IMG/VR virus record: IMGVR_UViG_3300042503_000838 | Span: 1 to 64,000 of that record | Strand: one strand, 5' to 3' | Length of the DNA stretch: 64,000 nt | Source: a virus | Shown: piece after piece, positions 55,012 to 64,000 of the stretch | Numbering within the stretch: position 1 is the stretch's first letter | How the letters are laid out: the number at the start of each line of letters is the position of its first letter | Notes under the pieces: model-generated | What the model saw: only the letters and a program-made list of their open reading frames with translations | Told to the model about the DNA's origin: nothing | Database searches by the model: none | Translations under genes and position numbers: made by a program

Positions 55012-56617
55012 CTTTTTTGTATATCAAAAGATTTTGAGTGAACCAACCCATGTGATACCCGTTCTTAATGTATTCTAAAAGAGTGTTTTCTATGTTGAAC
55101 TCCCTCGTCAAGCCTGTGCTGCTAAAAAGATTATCCCAATAGTTTTTTGTTTGGCAATTAATGTGACCGACGCCTCCCTGTCCCGGTGAAGCCGCTGTCC
55201 ATATCAATATGCCGCCAGGTTCCAAAAAGCTTGTCATTGCTTCTACAATTTGCTGATTGCTACTACTGTCAATATGCTCTGCTACCTCCATGCAAAGAAC
55301 AACATCACCAGTATCTTTTACATCAAACAAACTTTGACAAATAAGATTTGGACTTCCATTAACACGAGTGTCCGAGTCATAACCTATTGCATTGACCCCA
55401 AGATCCTGGAAGCAATTGACGTAAGTACCTGGACCGCAGCCAATATCCAAAAGTTTTGTTGGGCGTAGATTATCGGCAATCCATTTTGTTAAACGCTTGG
55501 CAAAAGGAAGTTCTTCATAGTGTAAATGCGTGTAGTTAATCACATCTGTTTCACGTAACTGGTACCAACCTTTCTTGTTAAGGTTGTTGATGTCTTTGAA
55601 TATTTTGTCGTACTTTTTGCCACATGTCTCTAAGCTGTAGCGCATCCTTGCAGTGTTAGCGACTGTAACTCTATTAAGATTTCCTGCATTATGGATAGCA
55701 TCAATCCAGTCTTGTAATGTGTGACAACGAAAACCAGTGACGCCATCGACAATGGTTTCAGTAAATGCTCCATAATCAACAGCAATTAGCGGAGTTCCAC
55801 ACATCATTGCCTCTACTCCGCTACCTGCAAATGGCTCGGTAAAGTTTGTCGGCATCAATGCAGCTCTTGCGTTGCGTAAAAAATCAGAACGTGCTTTGCC
55901 AGTAATAGGTCCACGATATTCAATATTAGGGTGCTCCCAGGGAGTTGGATCACCTTGCCCATGAAGGACAATAGGCCAAGGACTGTAGTTTGCAATTTCT
56001 TTAATTGTATCCATCCCCTTGGCTGAACAAATACGTCCCAAGAAAGCAAGGTATTTTCCTGGTTTGTAGGATGGTTGCCACTCATCTAGGTCAAAGTAGT
56101 TAGGAATAACCCATTCGTAGTTCTTGCCTTGACGTTTTTCTTGACCTTGATGGTAGTGCATCCAAGCGTAGCTTTCAAAGATTCGAAAACTATTTGGCAT
56201 CAATGTAGGATAACCAATGCCTGTTTCTACGTGTTGATGCAAAGGAAACTTGTCCATCAATACTTGATGGGCATGTCCAAACGGATGGCAAATTATGTCT
56301 TCTTTTTGTAAACGTTTACGCAGCTCGACGATAAGACGTTCTTCAAATAGTTGGTGTCCCTTGCTTCCTACTGTGGCGTCATCACCATGAAAGTCAGTAT
56401 CCTTACGGCTTCCATAAAGCTCGCTAAATTCATCCAAGGTCAGGATGGGTACGTGCTCTGTGGCGCCTGCTTCACTTCCTTCATTGCTGTATTCAATTAC
56501 TTCATAACCTTGCGCCTGCATCATACGAGGAAAACGTAAAGCCTTACCTGTAAAAGCACAATGAGAAAATGCAGCTGTTGCTTGGGTATGGAAAATACCA
56601 ACCAAGTGAAGACGCAT
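55004..56617 (-). CDS. GT-B (GT4-like) glycosyltransferase fused to a SAM-dependent methyltransferase
   Basis: 'FLGRI...KG', 'EPFAG..VEAM.CGTP.I..D.GA..ETI.DGVTGF'; then 'LLDIGCGPG' and 'LCMEVAEHI'. Confidence 0.88.
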   Translation of the reverse strand: MRLHLVGIFHTQATAAFSHCAFTGKALRFPRMMQAQGYEVIEYSNEGSEAGATEHVPILTLDEFSELYGSRKDTDFHGDDATVGSKGHQLFEERLIVELRKRLQKEDIICHPFGHAHQVLMDKFPLHQHVETGIGYPTLMPNSFRIFESYAWMHYHQGQEKRQGKNYEWVIPNYFDLDEWQPSYKPGKYLAFLGRICSAKGMDTIKEIANYSPWPIVLHGQGDPTPWEHPNIEYRGPITGKARSDFLRNARAALMPTNFTEPFAGSGVEAMMCGTPLIAVDYGAFTETIVDGVTGFRCHTLQDWIDAIHNAGNLNRVTVANTARMRYSLETCGKKYDKIFKDINNLNKKGWYQLRETDVINYTHLHYEELPFAKRLTKWIADNLRPTKLLDIGCGPGTYVNCFQDLGVNAIGYDSDTRVNGSPNLICQSLFDVKDTGDVVLCMEVAEHIDSSSNQQIVEAMTSFLEPGGILIWTAASPGQGGVGHINCQTKNYWDNLFSSTGLTREFNIENTLLEYIKNGYHMGWFTQNLLIYKKDD

Positions 56618-56681
56618 AGGTTGCTAATCGGTCAACCAAGTATAGCGTTAGACCTTAAAGCTGCATTTGGTTGTTTTGTGC

Positions 56682-56957
56682 TTAGCTATCCACCGCGGCA
56701 GCGTATTCGGGCTGCGCCTTGAGCCAGACGTAGGCGATGGCTAGGGGATTGGTGCCGGGCTGCAGTTCAGCGGTGGGCGCCGTGAAGGTGCGGTCATAGA
56801 CCGGCTGAGCATTGGCGTGCCGTGCCTCAGCGCTGGCGTAATGCGACACCTGCATGAGCATATGCTCCTTGTCACACCGCAGCAGGGTGATGCAGGCGTA
56901 GGTATCGGGCAGCGGGATGCCGATGTTGGTTTCGTTGAGCGAAATAGACAGGGCCAT
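56682..56957 (-). CDS. Small fibre-associated protein
   Basis: GC-rich; coupled to the upstream fibre gene. Confidence 0.7.
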   Translation of the reverse strand: MALSISLNETNIGIPLPDTYACITLLRCDKEHMLMQVSHYASAEARHANAQPVYDRTFTAPTAELQPGTNPLAIAYVWLKAQPEYAAAVDS

Positions 56958-58048
56958 TAGAAGGTCATCTCAGTGGTGTCGATGCGGCAGACCCACCTGA
57001 TCGTGGTGGCCGCTGCACCAGTGACGGTGATGGTGATGCAGCCGATGGCGGTATTTGCTGTGACGGCGACAACCCACGTAGCAGCGCCAGCATCGAAATG
57101 CGTCATGGTGACCGTAGGCGTGCCGACCATCACTGTGGATGCGGCGTTAGCACCACGCTTGATGGCGCCGTTGATGGTCCAGCGGGCTGTGTTGCCGCCG
57201 CCGGTCACGCCAGCAATCACTTCACCAGAGAAGCTGTAGGCGCTGTTATTGGGCAGGGTGACTTGGTTGCTGAAGTTGGCTGCGCTGCTGTTGCTGGCGA
57301 GGACTGTGGCGGTGGCGTCGGTAGTTTGACGGCCAAGGATTAGCAAGGCAGTTTGACTGGCGCCTGAAATCGATGCGACTGGCGAATTGCACGCGGGCAA
57401 TACGTGATTGCCAATGATACTTCGTGTGGTACCGCGGCGTCCACCGGCAATAAAGGAATAAGCTGAGTTTGCTGTATTGGACTCTCCGCCAGCAACAGTA
57501 GCACTTGAGTCACTGGCGGTGTTGCTAACACCTCCTCCAACGACCGAATAGCCGCCACTTGCAATGTTGTTTTGCCCCCCACACACCGTTGCGTGGCCGG
57601 CGGTGGCGCCGTTGGTTTGGCCGCCACCTACGAAGCCGTGACCGCTATTGGCAAAATTGTCTCTGCCTGTAGCAACTCCAGAGTAATCGCCAGAAGCGAC
57701 ATTTAAAAAACCTCCTCCAACGGTGCCCCAGCTGCCACTAGCGCGGTTTCGCTCACCGCCGCCAATGGTTGACGATGGTGCGCTTGCTACGTGGTCGGAA
57801 CTGTTGCGTGACTTCTGCCAATCCGTGGCCCCAGCGCCCCGCTTATTGCCACCCGCCACCGTCCCATCCGGCACCTGCGCCAGCGTTGCGCCTGTGCCCT
57901 TGGCGACCAAGGCGATGTCCGCGTTGGTTGCGCTGATCGTGCCACCGTTGATCTCGGTGACTGGTGTGGTGCTGTTGACGCCATCACTGTCTAGCCGCGC
58001 CAGTAGACGCAGCACCGCAGATGGCCAGCCGATAGGATTCAGGTTCAT
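56957..58048 (-). CDS. Tail-fibre-like protein with beta-roll repeats
   Basis: Repeated ASGxYSxVxGGxxNxA units. Confidence 0.8.
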   Translation of the reverse strand: MNLNPIGWPSAVLRLLARLDSDGVNSTTPVTEINGGTISATNADIALVAKGTGATLAQVPDGTVAGGNKRGAGATDWQKSRNSSDHVASAPSSTIGGGERNRASGSWGTVGGGFLNVASGDYSGVATGRDNFANSGHGFVGGGQTNGATAGHATVCGGQNNIASGGYSVVGGGVSNTASDSSATVAGGESNTANSAYSFIAGGRRGTTRSIIGNHVLPACNSPVASISGASQTALLILGRQTTDATATVLASNSSAANFSNQVTLPNNSAYSFSGEVIAGVTGGGNTARWTINGAIKRGANAASTVMVGTPTVTMTHFDAGAATWVVAVTANTAIGCITITVTGAAATTIRWVCRIDTTEMTF

Positions 58049-58440
58049 GTCAGGTCACCCCCGAACGCTGCAACCCGCACCGTGCCGGTCGTCGGTGCAA
58101 CCGTGATCGTGGCGCCCAGCTTCCATGTCGCGCTTGGTAGCACCAGATCGGTGTAGGCCGTCACCAGGCGGTAGCCCTTGGTGGTGTTGCTACCCGTCAA
58201 AGCGCTAATGGTTACTTGATCGAACAGGTCCCACTGCGTCCCATCGAACAAAAACAGGTTGACCAGTGCCGCCACCGTGGTCGCGGTGCCTTGGACGTTC
58301 ACGCTAAGGATCCGAGTGCCGGCAGATGCGCCAACAAGCAGGTCGCTGATCGTGCCGGTGCCATCGGTGGCGGTGTTCGCTGTGCTCAGCGACAGGCGCC
58401 CGATGCGCGGTGTTGAGATAAAGGCGGGTGATGCAGCCAT
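58045..58440 (-). CDS. Small beta-rich virion protein
   Basis: 131 aa, GC-rich, coupled. Confidence 0.65.
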   Translation of the reverse strand: MAASPAFISTPRIGRLSLSTANTATDGTGTISDLLVGASAGTRILSVNVQGTATTVAALVNLFLFDGTQWDLFDQVTISALTGSNTTKGYRLVTAYTDLVLPSATWKLGATITVAPTTGTVRVAAFGGDLT

Positions 58441-58443
58441 AAT

Positions 58444-59376
58444 TTAAATACAAGTAATGTTAAGGAACAGGTTGGCACCAGCTGAACTACCGCCGCCACC
58501 TGCTGGACCTGTGGCGCCAATAGGCCCTGTTGCACCAGTAACACCAACACCAGTAGCACCAGTAGCCCCTGTAATGCCTATTCCCGTAGCACCTGTCGCG
58601 CCGGTAACACCTACACCTGTGGCACCAATAGGTCCAGTAGCCCCCGTAATACCTACTCCTGTTGCGCCAGTAGGACCATCAATACCTGTTGCACCTGTAA
58701 TACCTACACCTGTGGCACCTTGTGAACCCGTGACACCAGTAGCGCCGGTAACACCTACTCCTGTAGCGCCCTGTAGACCTGTGGCGCCAGTAATACCTAT
58801 TCCCGTTGCACCAGTAATGCCTACACCTGTGGCACCTTGTGGACCTGTTGCACCTGTAATGCCTATTCCCGTTGCACCAGTAATGCCTACACCTGTGGCA
58901 CCTGTCGCACCAGTAATACCGACGCCCGTAGCACCAGCGGGACCTGTGACCCCGGTTGGCCCACCAGGATCCCCTTGCGGACCAGTGGCGCCAATCATTG
59001 TATAAACTTTTGCTAGACCACCTATGTCATATACAACCCAATCAGCATTTTCATTGAAAACTAAAGATTCCCCCTGTGCCAGGGAACCTTTCCATAGGGT
59101 AGTAAAACGCGTTCCATCCGTATGGTTAATTGTTAACGTGTTACTTCCTGTAGTTACATCGTTTTTAATAAAAACAGTTCTTACATTTCTTTGTGTTGTG
59201 TTTGCGGAAGGAGGAGGGACAATAGTTGTAGTGGTTGCTAAAGCAATAACGGAATCAAGGCGGCCAGCGGTAACAACCCCGTTATTGTTATCTGCATAAG
59301 ACGCATGCACTTCAATGTTACCAGCTGCACTGGTAATCACCTGCAAAGCATCAAATGTAGAAGTCAGCAGTAACAC
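58444..59376 (-). CDS. Collagen-like fibre protein
   Basis: GxT triplets interrupted by GVGIT/GIGIT units, residues ~165-295. Confidence 0.85.
   Translation of the reverse strand: MLLLTSTFDALQVITSAAGNIEVHASYADNNNGVVTAGRLDSVIALATTTTIVPPPSANTTQRNVRTVFIKNDVTTGSNTLTINHTDGTRFTTLWKGSLAQGESLVFNENADWVVYDIGGLAKVYTMIGATGPQGDPGGPTGVTGPAGATGVGITGATGATGVGITGATGIGITGATGPQGATGVGITGATGIGITGATGLQGATGVGVTGATGVTGSQGATGVGITGATGIDGPTGATGVGITGATGPIGATGVGVTGATGATGIGITGATGATGVGVTGATGPIGATGPAGGGGSSAGANLFLNITCI
58500..58990. repeat. Imperfect coding tandem repeats (GATG-V/I-GIT units)
   Basis: Recurrent gcacctgtaatacctac / gcaccagtaatgcctac units. Confidence 0.85.
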
Positions 59377-59415
59377 AGATGCGTGGATGCAATACTTTTA
59401 TTTTAATTCAATGTA

Positions 59416-61050
59416 TCAAATTGCGGGCATCTGCCCCAAAGATGGAATGTAGATTGAACCGTTTTTGTCAAACATTTTAAAGCCTTCCATCAGCACAAAA
59501 GTAGACGGAACATTAAACAATTTCTGCATCATTGGCATCATCATGGGTGCTTGGCAGTTATATGGTGGAACATCCATCAGTGACAAAGCATTTCTCGCTA
59601 GTTCTACACTAACTTTTTCTTGGTTTTTTTTATTCTTGTCAACCAACTCTTGCTCCCATTCAACAATGCCTCCGTTCCCAAAAGGAACATCAGAAGGCTC
59701 TGGAGGAAACACGCCCTCTTTAAAGCGCATTGCATATATATGTTTGCAATAACGAAACTCGTCCAAAACAGGTGTCCATGTATCTGTGAGCGATGTCAGC
59801 TCATTGCCTACTGTAGAGTAATCAGCATATGTAACAGGGCCATCAGAGACCGCCCCAGGGAGGGCTGGATCATTTCCACGTAAGTAAACAGAACCAAAAT
59901 CTGTAAAAACACCAGGACTATCTCTTGTTGTACCCAACACTGTTTTTGAATTTGGAGTCACAGTAGGGGGGATGTTGTATTCAGCAGACGGTGAAACAAT
60001 CTCCATCATTCTGTTAACATTTCCTGGCGTCATTGCATTGTTATTGACTAGACCGTCGAGCATTATGATTTCTTTGCGGCCTGGCTTGACTGTGCCGATA
60101 CTATTTCTTGGGAAACAACGTTGATTTGAATTTTTTAAATTCATCATAAACGCATAGCTTCTACGCGTGAAATCTTGACATGAACAGCAATATCTAGTAC
60201 CTGTCATGAAGAACCTACCGATAGCAGGTGGCCTGGTTGCTGGCGTCACAAGTGTGCGATCAGGTGTTGCCTCTACAGAACCACGCTTGCGTAAAGTCAG
60301 GATCCCGTTGAACGGATCAGTTGCAACAAGAACTGCTTGAACGTATCCATAGCGTGTTTGTGTTACTGGATTAATAGTATCTCGCGTAACAGGTATACCG
60401 TTTTGCTCAACAATGCGATCTTCTAAAATTTCGCCATTGATTGCTTTTAAGCCGCCAGGCACCCCTGGAATAGGAACATATAGAGGAGGAGGAAGTGGGT
60501 TTGCCGTGCTCCAGTCTCCTTCTAGCTGGACATACCAATACTCGTCATCTTCTGTTACAGACTTGATAGACGCAACTTTATTTGTAATGAAGAAGTAAGG
60601 ATCAAACCACTGACCAATGTTTTCATAGTTATTGAACTGCATCCCGCTCCAATAGAACGGGTTACTGACTCTTGTGTTTCTTATGTTGTCAAATCTAAGG
60701 CTTCCGGCAACGCGAATACCGGCCCAATGCATTCCAAATTCTTTGTTTACAGTTGGGAAACCTTTAAAAATACCTGGAAGGATAGGAGAGTTTCCTCCTG
60801 TTTGTTGTACGCCTTGTGGCAGTGGAACCTGATAAAGAAAAGGGTATTCGTATGATGTATCCGTTACCGAAGCAGTGGCAAGCTCATATCCACGGCGCCA
60901 ACGCACCCATGAAGATTCCCTGTCCATTGTAGTAATGGAATCAGGGATGCCACCCTCAGAAAACTCAGTAGTAATCGGTTTAATTCTAAAAGGATCTTTA
61001 TCAGCACTAGCCGAAAAAGATCCAAAGTTATCACCTGCTCTGGGAGACAT
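59416..61050 (-). CDS. Hypothetical protein with split SWIM-like zinc finger
   Basis: 'YCCSCQDF' and 'YCKHIYA' about 145 aa apart. Confidence 0.6.
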   Translation of the reverse strand: MSPRAGDNFGSFSASADKDPFRIKPITTEFSEGGIPDSITTMDRESSWVRWRRGYELATASVTDTSYEYPFLYQVPLPQGVQQTGGNSPILPGIFKGFPTVNKEFGMHWAGIRVAGSLRFDNIRNTRVSNPFYWSGMQFNNYENIGQWFDPYFFITNKVASIKSVTEDDEYWYVQLEGDWSTANPLPPPLYVPIPGVPGGLKAINGEILEDRIVEQNGIPVTRDTINPVTQTRYGYVQAVLVATDPFNGILTLRKRGSVEATPDRTLVTPATRPPAIGRFFMTGTRYCCSCQDFTRRSYAFMMNLKNSNQRCFPRNSIGTVKPGRKEIIMLDGLVNNNAMTPGNVNRMMEIVSPSAEYNIPPTVTPNSKTVLGTTRDSPGVFTDFGSVYLRGNDPALPGAVSDGPVTYADYSTVGNELTSLTDTWTPVLDEFRYCKHIYAMRFKEGVFPPEPSDVPFGNGGIVEWEQELVDKNKKNQEKVSVELARNALSLMDVPPYNCQAPMMMPMMQKLFNVPSTFVLMEGFKMFDKNGSIYIPSLGQMPAI

Positions 61051-61053
61051 GCG

Positions 61054-61839
61054 CTAGAAGAAGCCACCCTGTGCAATAACATGCACACCGGGAATATAGC
61101 CAGAGCTATTGGGGCCATCCGGGAATACACCAACGTACAGACGGTCGCCCCGCTCCAGGTAGATGCCCTTGTTGCGCAGAGGAGCTGTAGTGCCTAAGCC
61201 ATTGGTGTTACCAGCGCTTACATTCGGTACTGCAAGCTGAGGCATCACATCAGAACAATCAATCGTGCCGCTGCCTGCCGGAAGAGTCTTTGCAAAAATA
61301 ATCCTGTAATCACCAGAGCCCGGGATTGGAGTCGTGGTTCCACGCGTCTGGTAAAACACAAAGGTTGCAGCTTGCTGATAACCGTAAGCAACACCGTTGT
61401 AAGCGAAGCCCGATGCAGTGCCACCGGAATAGTTAAGTGCAGTGTTGATTCCAGTGAGAGTGGCTGCTCCTGTGTAGGTGTAATACCCATAGCCACTGAA
61501 GGGTGCGCCACCACCGGTCAAGGAGCCAGTTGCTGTAATTAAAACAAGCTGTCCACTGACAAGTGAGATGGGAGTGCCAGAGGTAGTTGCGTTTACTGTG
61601 TAATCAGGAGAACGGTAGAAATCGTTACGTGTAATGGTGATTGAATCAACGACACCGCCACTGTTATTATCTTCGCTTAATTCGGCGTCCATGTCTACGA
61701 GGATAGACGGTGCCTGACCACCTTGCACAAACAAAGTATTGGTTGCAGCACTACCTACCGTTTGAGTCGTGACTCGCACGGTATCAAATAAAGGGCGATC
61801 AACAAGCAAGGGCTGCTTGTTCGTGGAAGTCGAGCTCAA
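61054..61839 (-). CDS. Probable virion structural protein
   Basis: TTG start; beta-rich, Thr/Gly-rich. Confidence 0.6.
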   Translation of the reverse strand: MSSTSTNKQPLLVDRPLFDTVRVTTQTVGSAATNTLFVQGGQAPSILVDMDAELSEDNNSGGVVDSITITRNDFYRSPDYTVNATTSGTPISLVSGQLVLITATGSLTGGGAPFSGYGYYTYTGAATLTGINTALNYSGGTASGFAYNGVAYGYQQAATFVFYQTRGTTTPIPGSGDYRIIFAKTLPAGSGTIDCSDVMPQLAVPNVSAGNTNGLGTTAPLRNKGIYLERGDRLYVGVFPDGPNSSGYIPGVHVIAQGGFF

Positions 61840-61910
61840 TTACCTACTCCTTCAGCCTTGAAAATCCTTGTTAACAGAATTCTAGCTCAAGCAACTTTTA
61901 AGTGCTACAG

Positions 61911-62237
61911 TCAAGAACTTGCCGATGCAGCCAAGTTGTAAGCCTGGTTGAAACCTGTCGGCAAGCGCATTTTGCTTTCAACTAAAGATGTGGGATTATT
62001 TTGCAACGCAAGGAAACGCTGGAACATGCTCCCAGGATCTTTCTGTTCCGACTTGAATTTACTCAAGCGATCAAAGCCAACACTTGTGTATGTTGGCTGA
62101 TCCTTGCCGCTCAGGTCACCGAAAGAATAGGGGAGATCGCCAAAGGATGTGTAGCGTTCTCCCTTAAGCAGCTCAGATACTTCCCCAGGGGTGTAATCTG
62201 AACCTAGATAAGTTTGTCGGTTTTTGAGACTTGTCAT
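61911..62237 (-). CDS. Hypothetical protein
   Basis: Coupled to the lysozyme stop. Confidence 0.6.
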   Translation of the reverse strand: MTSLKNRQTYLGSDYTPGEVSELLKGERYTSFGDLPYSFGDLSGKDQPTYTSVGFDRLSKFKSEQKDPGSMFQRFLALQNNPTSLVESKMRLPTGFNQAYNLAASASS

Positions 62238-62932
62238 TATTCAAACATCCTCATGGCATCAAGTGGAGTCAAATTATATGGATTTGACGCCTTTAGGAGA
62301 TCTTCCGGAGACATCGTTGCATTCGTGACGCCTGCACTGAGACTGTTCTTGAGAACATACCCAAGCAACGCATCGGCAAGTGAATTGCCTTTCTCTACTG
62401 CTTTTGCAGTTTCCGGTGATGGAGTTGAAGCAGGTGCGGTTGGTTGTACATCCTGACCATAAACTTTCTGTAGTTCAGAAAGCTTTTTGACAGGCTGCCC
62501 GTAATAGCTTCTACCCGTTTCCGTTGGAAGAGATGCCCACTCTGGAGCCAGGGCTGCTGATACACGAGGACTAAACCCTTCTTTTTCAAGGGTAGCCAAG
62601 CCACCAATTGGCATCAGGCGATTACGCATCGCACGTGTTGCCGCGATGTCTTGGTTAGCAGCACTGAAGTCTTGAAGCCCTAAAGCACTGGCATGTGACT
62701 GCCAGCTTGGTGTCAAGAACTGATAAGCACCAGCAGCAGAGCTTGCGTACCCACCGGTGTTAATTACCCTGTCGGGATGACGCTTTAGGTCTGGTGCCAA
62801 GCCACCGCCAAACATGACCCGATAAGAATCGGGACCACCCCTTTCGGTGCCTTCTGCAAAGCGAAGAACTCGCAGTGCATTCTGCACGCTTGGACTTTTG
62901 ACTTTTTGTTCCAGTAGCTGGCGTTCGTTCAT
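62237..62932 (-). CDS. Lambda-R-like lysozyme/transglycosylase with low-complexity tail
   Basis: 'LRVLRFAEGT...Y.VMFGG...HP...SSAAGAYQFL..SW...LGL.DFS..NQD.AA'. Confidence 0.9.
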   Translation of the reverse strand: MNERQLLEQKVKSPSVQNALRVLRFAEGTERGGPDSYRVMFGGGLAPDLKRHPDRVINTGGYASSAAGAYQFLTPSWQSHASALGLQDFSAANQDIAATRAMRNRLMPIGGLATLEKEGFSPRVSAALAPEWASLPTETGRSYYGQPVKKLSELQKVYGQDVQPTAPASTPSPETAKAVEKGNSLADALLGYVLKNSLSAGVTNATMSPEDLLKASNPYNLTPLDAMRMFE

Positions 62933-62942
62933 AATGATGCTC

Positions 62943-63059
62943 TTATTCTCCTACCCAGTTTGAACTTGCTTTGAGACCAGGAATGAATACGGTTTGCAGC
63001 GAAAGGGCCGTAGCCAAATAGGTCAAAGTACGTTTAACAAACTTAGGGCAGAGAATCAT
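62943..63059 (-). CDS. 38-aa signal-peptide-like mini-ORF
   Basis: MILCPKFVKRTLTYLATALSLQTVFIPGLKASSNWVGE. Confidence 0.45.
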   Translation of the reverse strand: MILCPKFVKRTLTYLATALSLQTVFIPGLKASSNWVGE

Positions 63060-63144
63060 GGTTTTAAAGCAACAACACTGGCCCCCGTAGATCAAAGATC
63101 TATGTCCAGTTGGCTGGGCTTACATGCCTTGCAATGCCAGAGAA

Positions 63145-63969
63145 TTACTTTTGAGTAGAAAAGATCGAGTCTTTAAACATTTCAAGAAGCTTTTGGGCTT
63201 CTGCACCCTTGGGATCAAACTTCGGAAGCTCAGACCCTACAGGCTGTAGGCCCGTTGCACCAGCATAAGAAGCACTTGGCATATCAGTGGGCATGCCGAG
63301 GGGAGCACTCTGTAAAGTTTGGCCTTGATTAAACCCTGCATAAGGTGCTGCAGAAGCACCTGCAAAAGAATTTGCAGGTAAAGGTGAGAGACCTAAACCT
63401 TGGGCAACCTTTGCAACACCATACGATTCTGGGGAAACGGGAGGTGTCGTACCAAGGGGGGAGCTGTTATCAAATGGGAAGTTCATGGGAGAGCCCATTT
63501 GACCCACCCCAAGAGTGCGTTGGATTGCATCGTAACCGGCTTGGCCAGGCTTAACTTTTGCTGCAAGTTTGGGATTGGCTTTTGCCCACATCTGCATCCC
63601 CATATCTTCTGCAGATTGCTCAGCGGCAGAACCAGGGCCAGCAGCAACTGCTTCTTTGCGAGCCTTTTCGTAACGCTGAAGTTCTGGGTCTTGTGCGGTC
63701 AGCTGGGCAACGCGAGATGCTTCTTGCTGATACGCACGCTCTGCAGCAGGATTAATGCCTGCACTAGGAATTGGCTTCTGGGCACTGCCGGGAACGTAGC
63801 GACCATACATGCCAGTTTTCTGCGCTTGCTGAGAAGGCTCCGTATAAGGAAGGCGCCCTTTTAACAGCTGACCACCTGCGTAACGCATTTCATTCCCCAA
63901 GCCTGCAAGCAATGGGTTTGTCAAAGGTGCAGGAAAAAACCGATTAAGTAGATCAGACATTAACGCCAA
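63145..63969 (-). CDS. Pro/Ala/Gly-rich hypothetical (possible virion) protein
   Basis: 274 aa ORF. Confidence 0.6.
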   Translation of the reverse strand: MALMSDLLNRFFPAPLTNPLLAGLGNEMRYAGGQLLKGRLPYTEPSQQAQKTGMYGRYVPGSAQKPIPSAGINPAAERAYQQEASRVAQLTAQDPELQRYEKARKEAVAAGPGSAAEQSAEDMGMQMWAKANPKLAAKVKPGQAGYDAIQRTLGVGQMGSPMNFPFDNSSPLGTTPPVSPESYGVAKVAQGLGLSPLPANSFAGASAAPYAGFNQGQTLQSAPLGMPTDMPSASYAGATGLQPVGSELPKFDPKGAEAQKLLEMFKDSIFSTQK

Positions 63970-64000
63970 ACCTCATGTAAATAAATACGGGTGCCTACGG

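Noticed and set aside
58457-59005. 182-aa Pro/Val-rich plus-strand ORF
   Set aside because: Reverse-complement reading of the collagen-like repeat.
63077-63140. Assignment to a named riboswitch or ribozyme (c-di-AMP, glutamine, pistol, HDV-like)
   Set aside because: Superficial resemblances only (e.g. TAAGCCC plus a GATC hairpin as in pistol); I could not place the required conserved cores or pseudoknots. Left as an unassigned structure.
1755-63969. Alternative genetic code or stop-codon readthrough
   Set aside because: Core genes are full length under the standard code, with TAA, TAG and TGA all used as stops.
1-64000. tRNA, rRNA, transposase, psbA/hli photosynthesis genes
   Set aside because: No T-arm (GGTTCGAATCC-like) cloverleaf, rRNA-like tract or matching protein motifs noticed by eye; tRNAscan-SE/ARAGORN would be needed to exclude tRNAs formally.

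Overview
Phage DNA throughout, most likely infecting picocyanobacteria (two NblA-like genes, cyanophage-type short NrdA/NrdB, GC-rich accessory modules). It appears to be two different phage genomes joined inside a shared tail-fibre module. (A) 1-~41,390 is a T7-like podovirus gene set on the minus strand. It carries SSB, endonuclease I, primase-helicase, Pol A, exonuclease, RNR, portal, scaffold, capsid, tail tubes A/B, three internal virion proteins, tail fibre, lysis genes, both terminase subunits and ThyX. Positions 1-131 recur at 41263-41393 (129/131 identical, same reading frame), so A closes into an apparently complete ~41.26 kb circle. That circle has no RNA polymerase and no integrase. 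(B) ~41,394-64,000 is part of an unrelated tailed phage, with fibre/virion genes, HTH proteins, a methyltransferase-like protein, dCTP deaminase, a second NblA, two lysozymes and a glycosyltransferase-methyltransferase fusion. The join could be a real cointegrate or an assembly chimera; sequence alone cannot decide. Other notable signals: a ~200-bp control element duplicated in inverted orientation around A's early region, an antisense GC-rich mini-gene array with recurrent junctions, paired Fur-box-like palindromes, insertion domains in the capsid and tail-tube B, and a deletion scar. I found no tRNA, rRNA, CRISPR array, transposase or reverse transcriptase. All family assignments come from motifs recognised by eye, not database searches.
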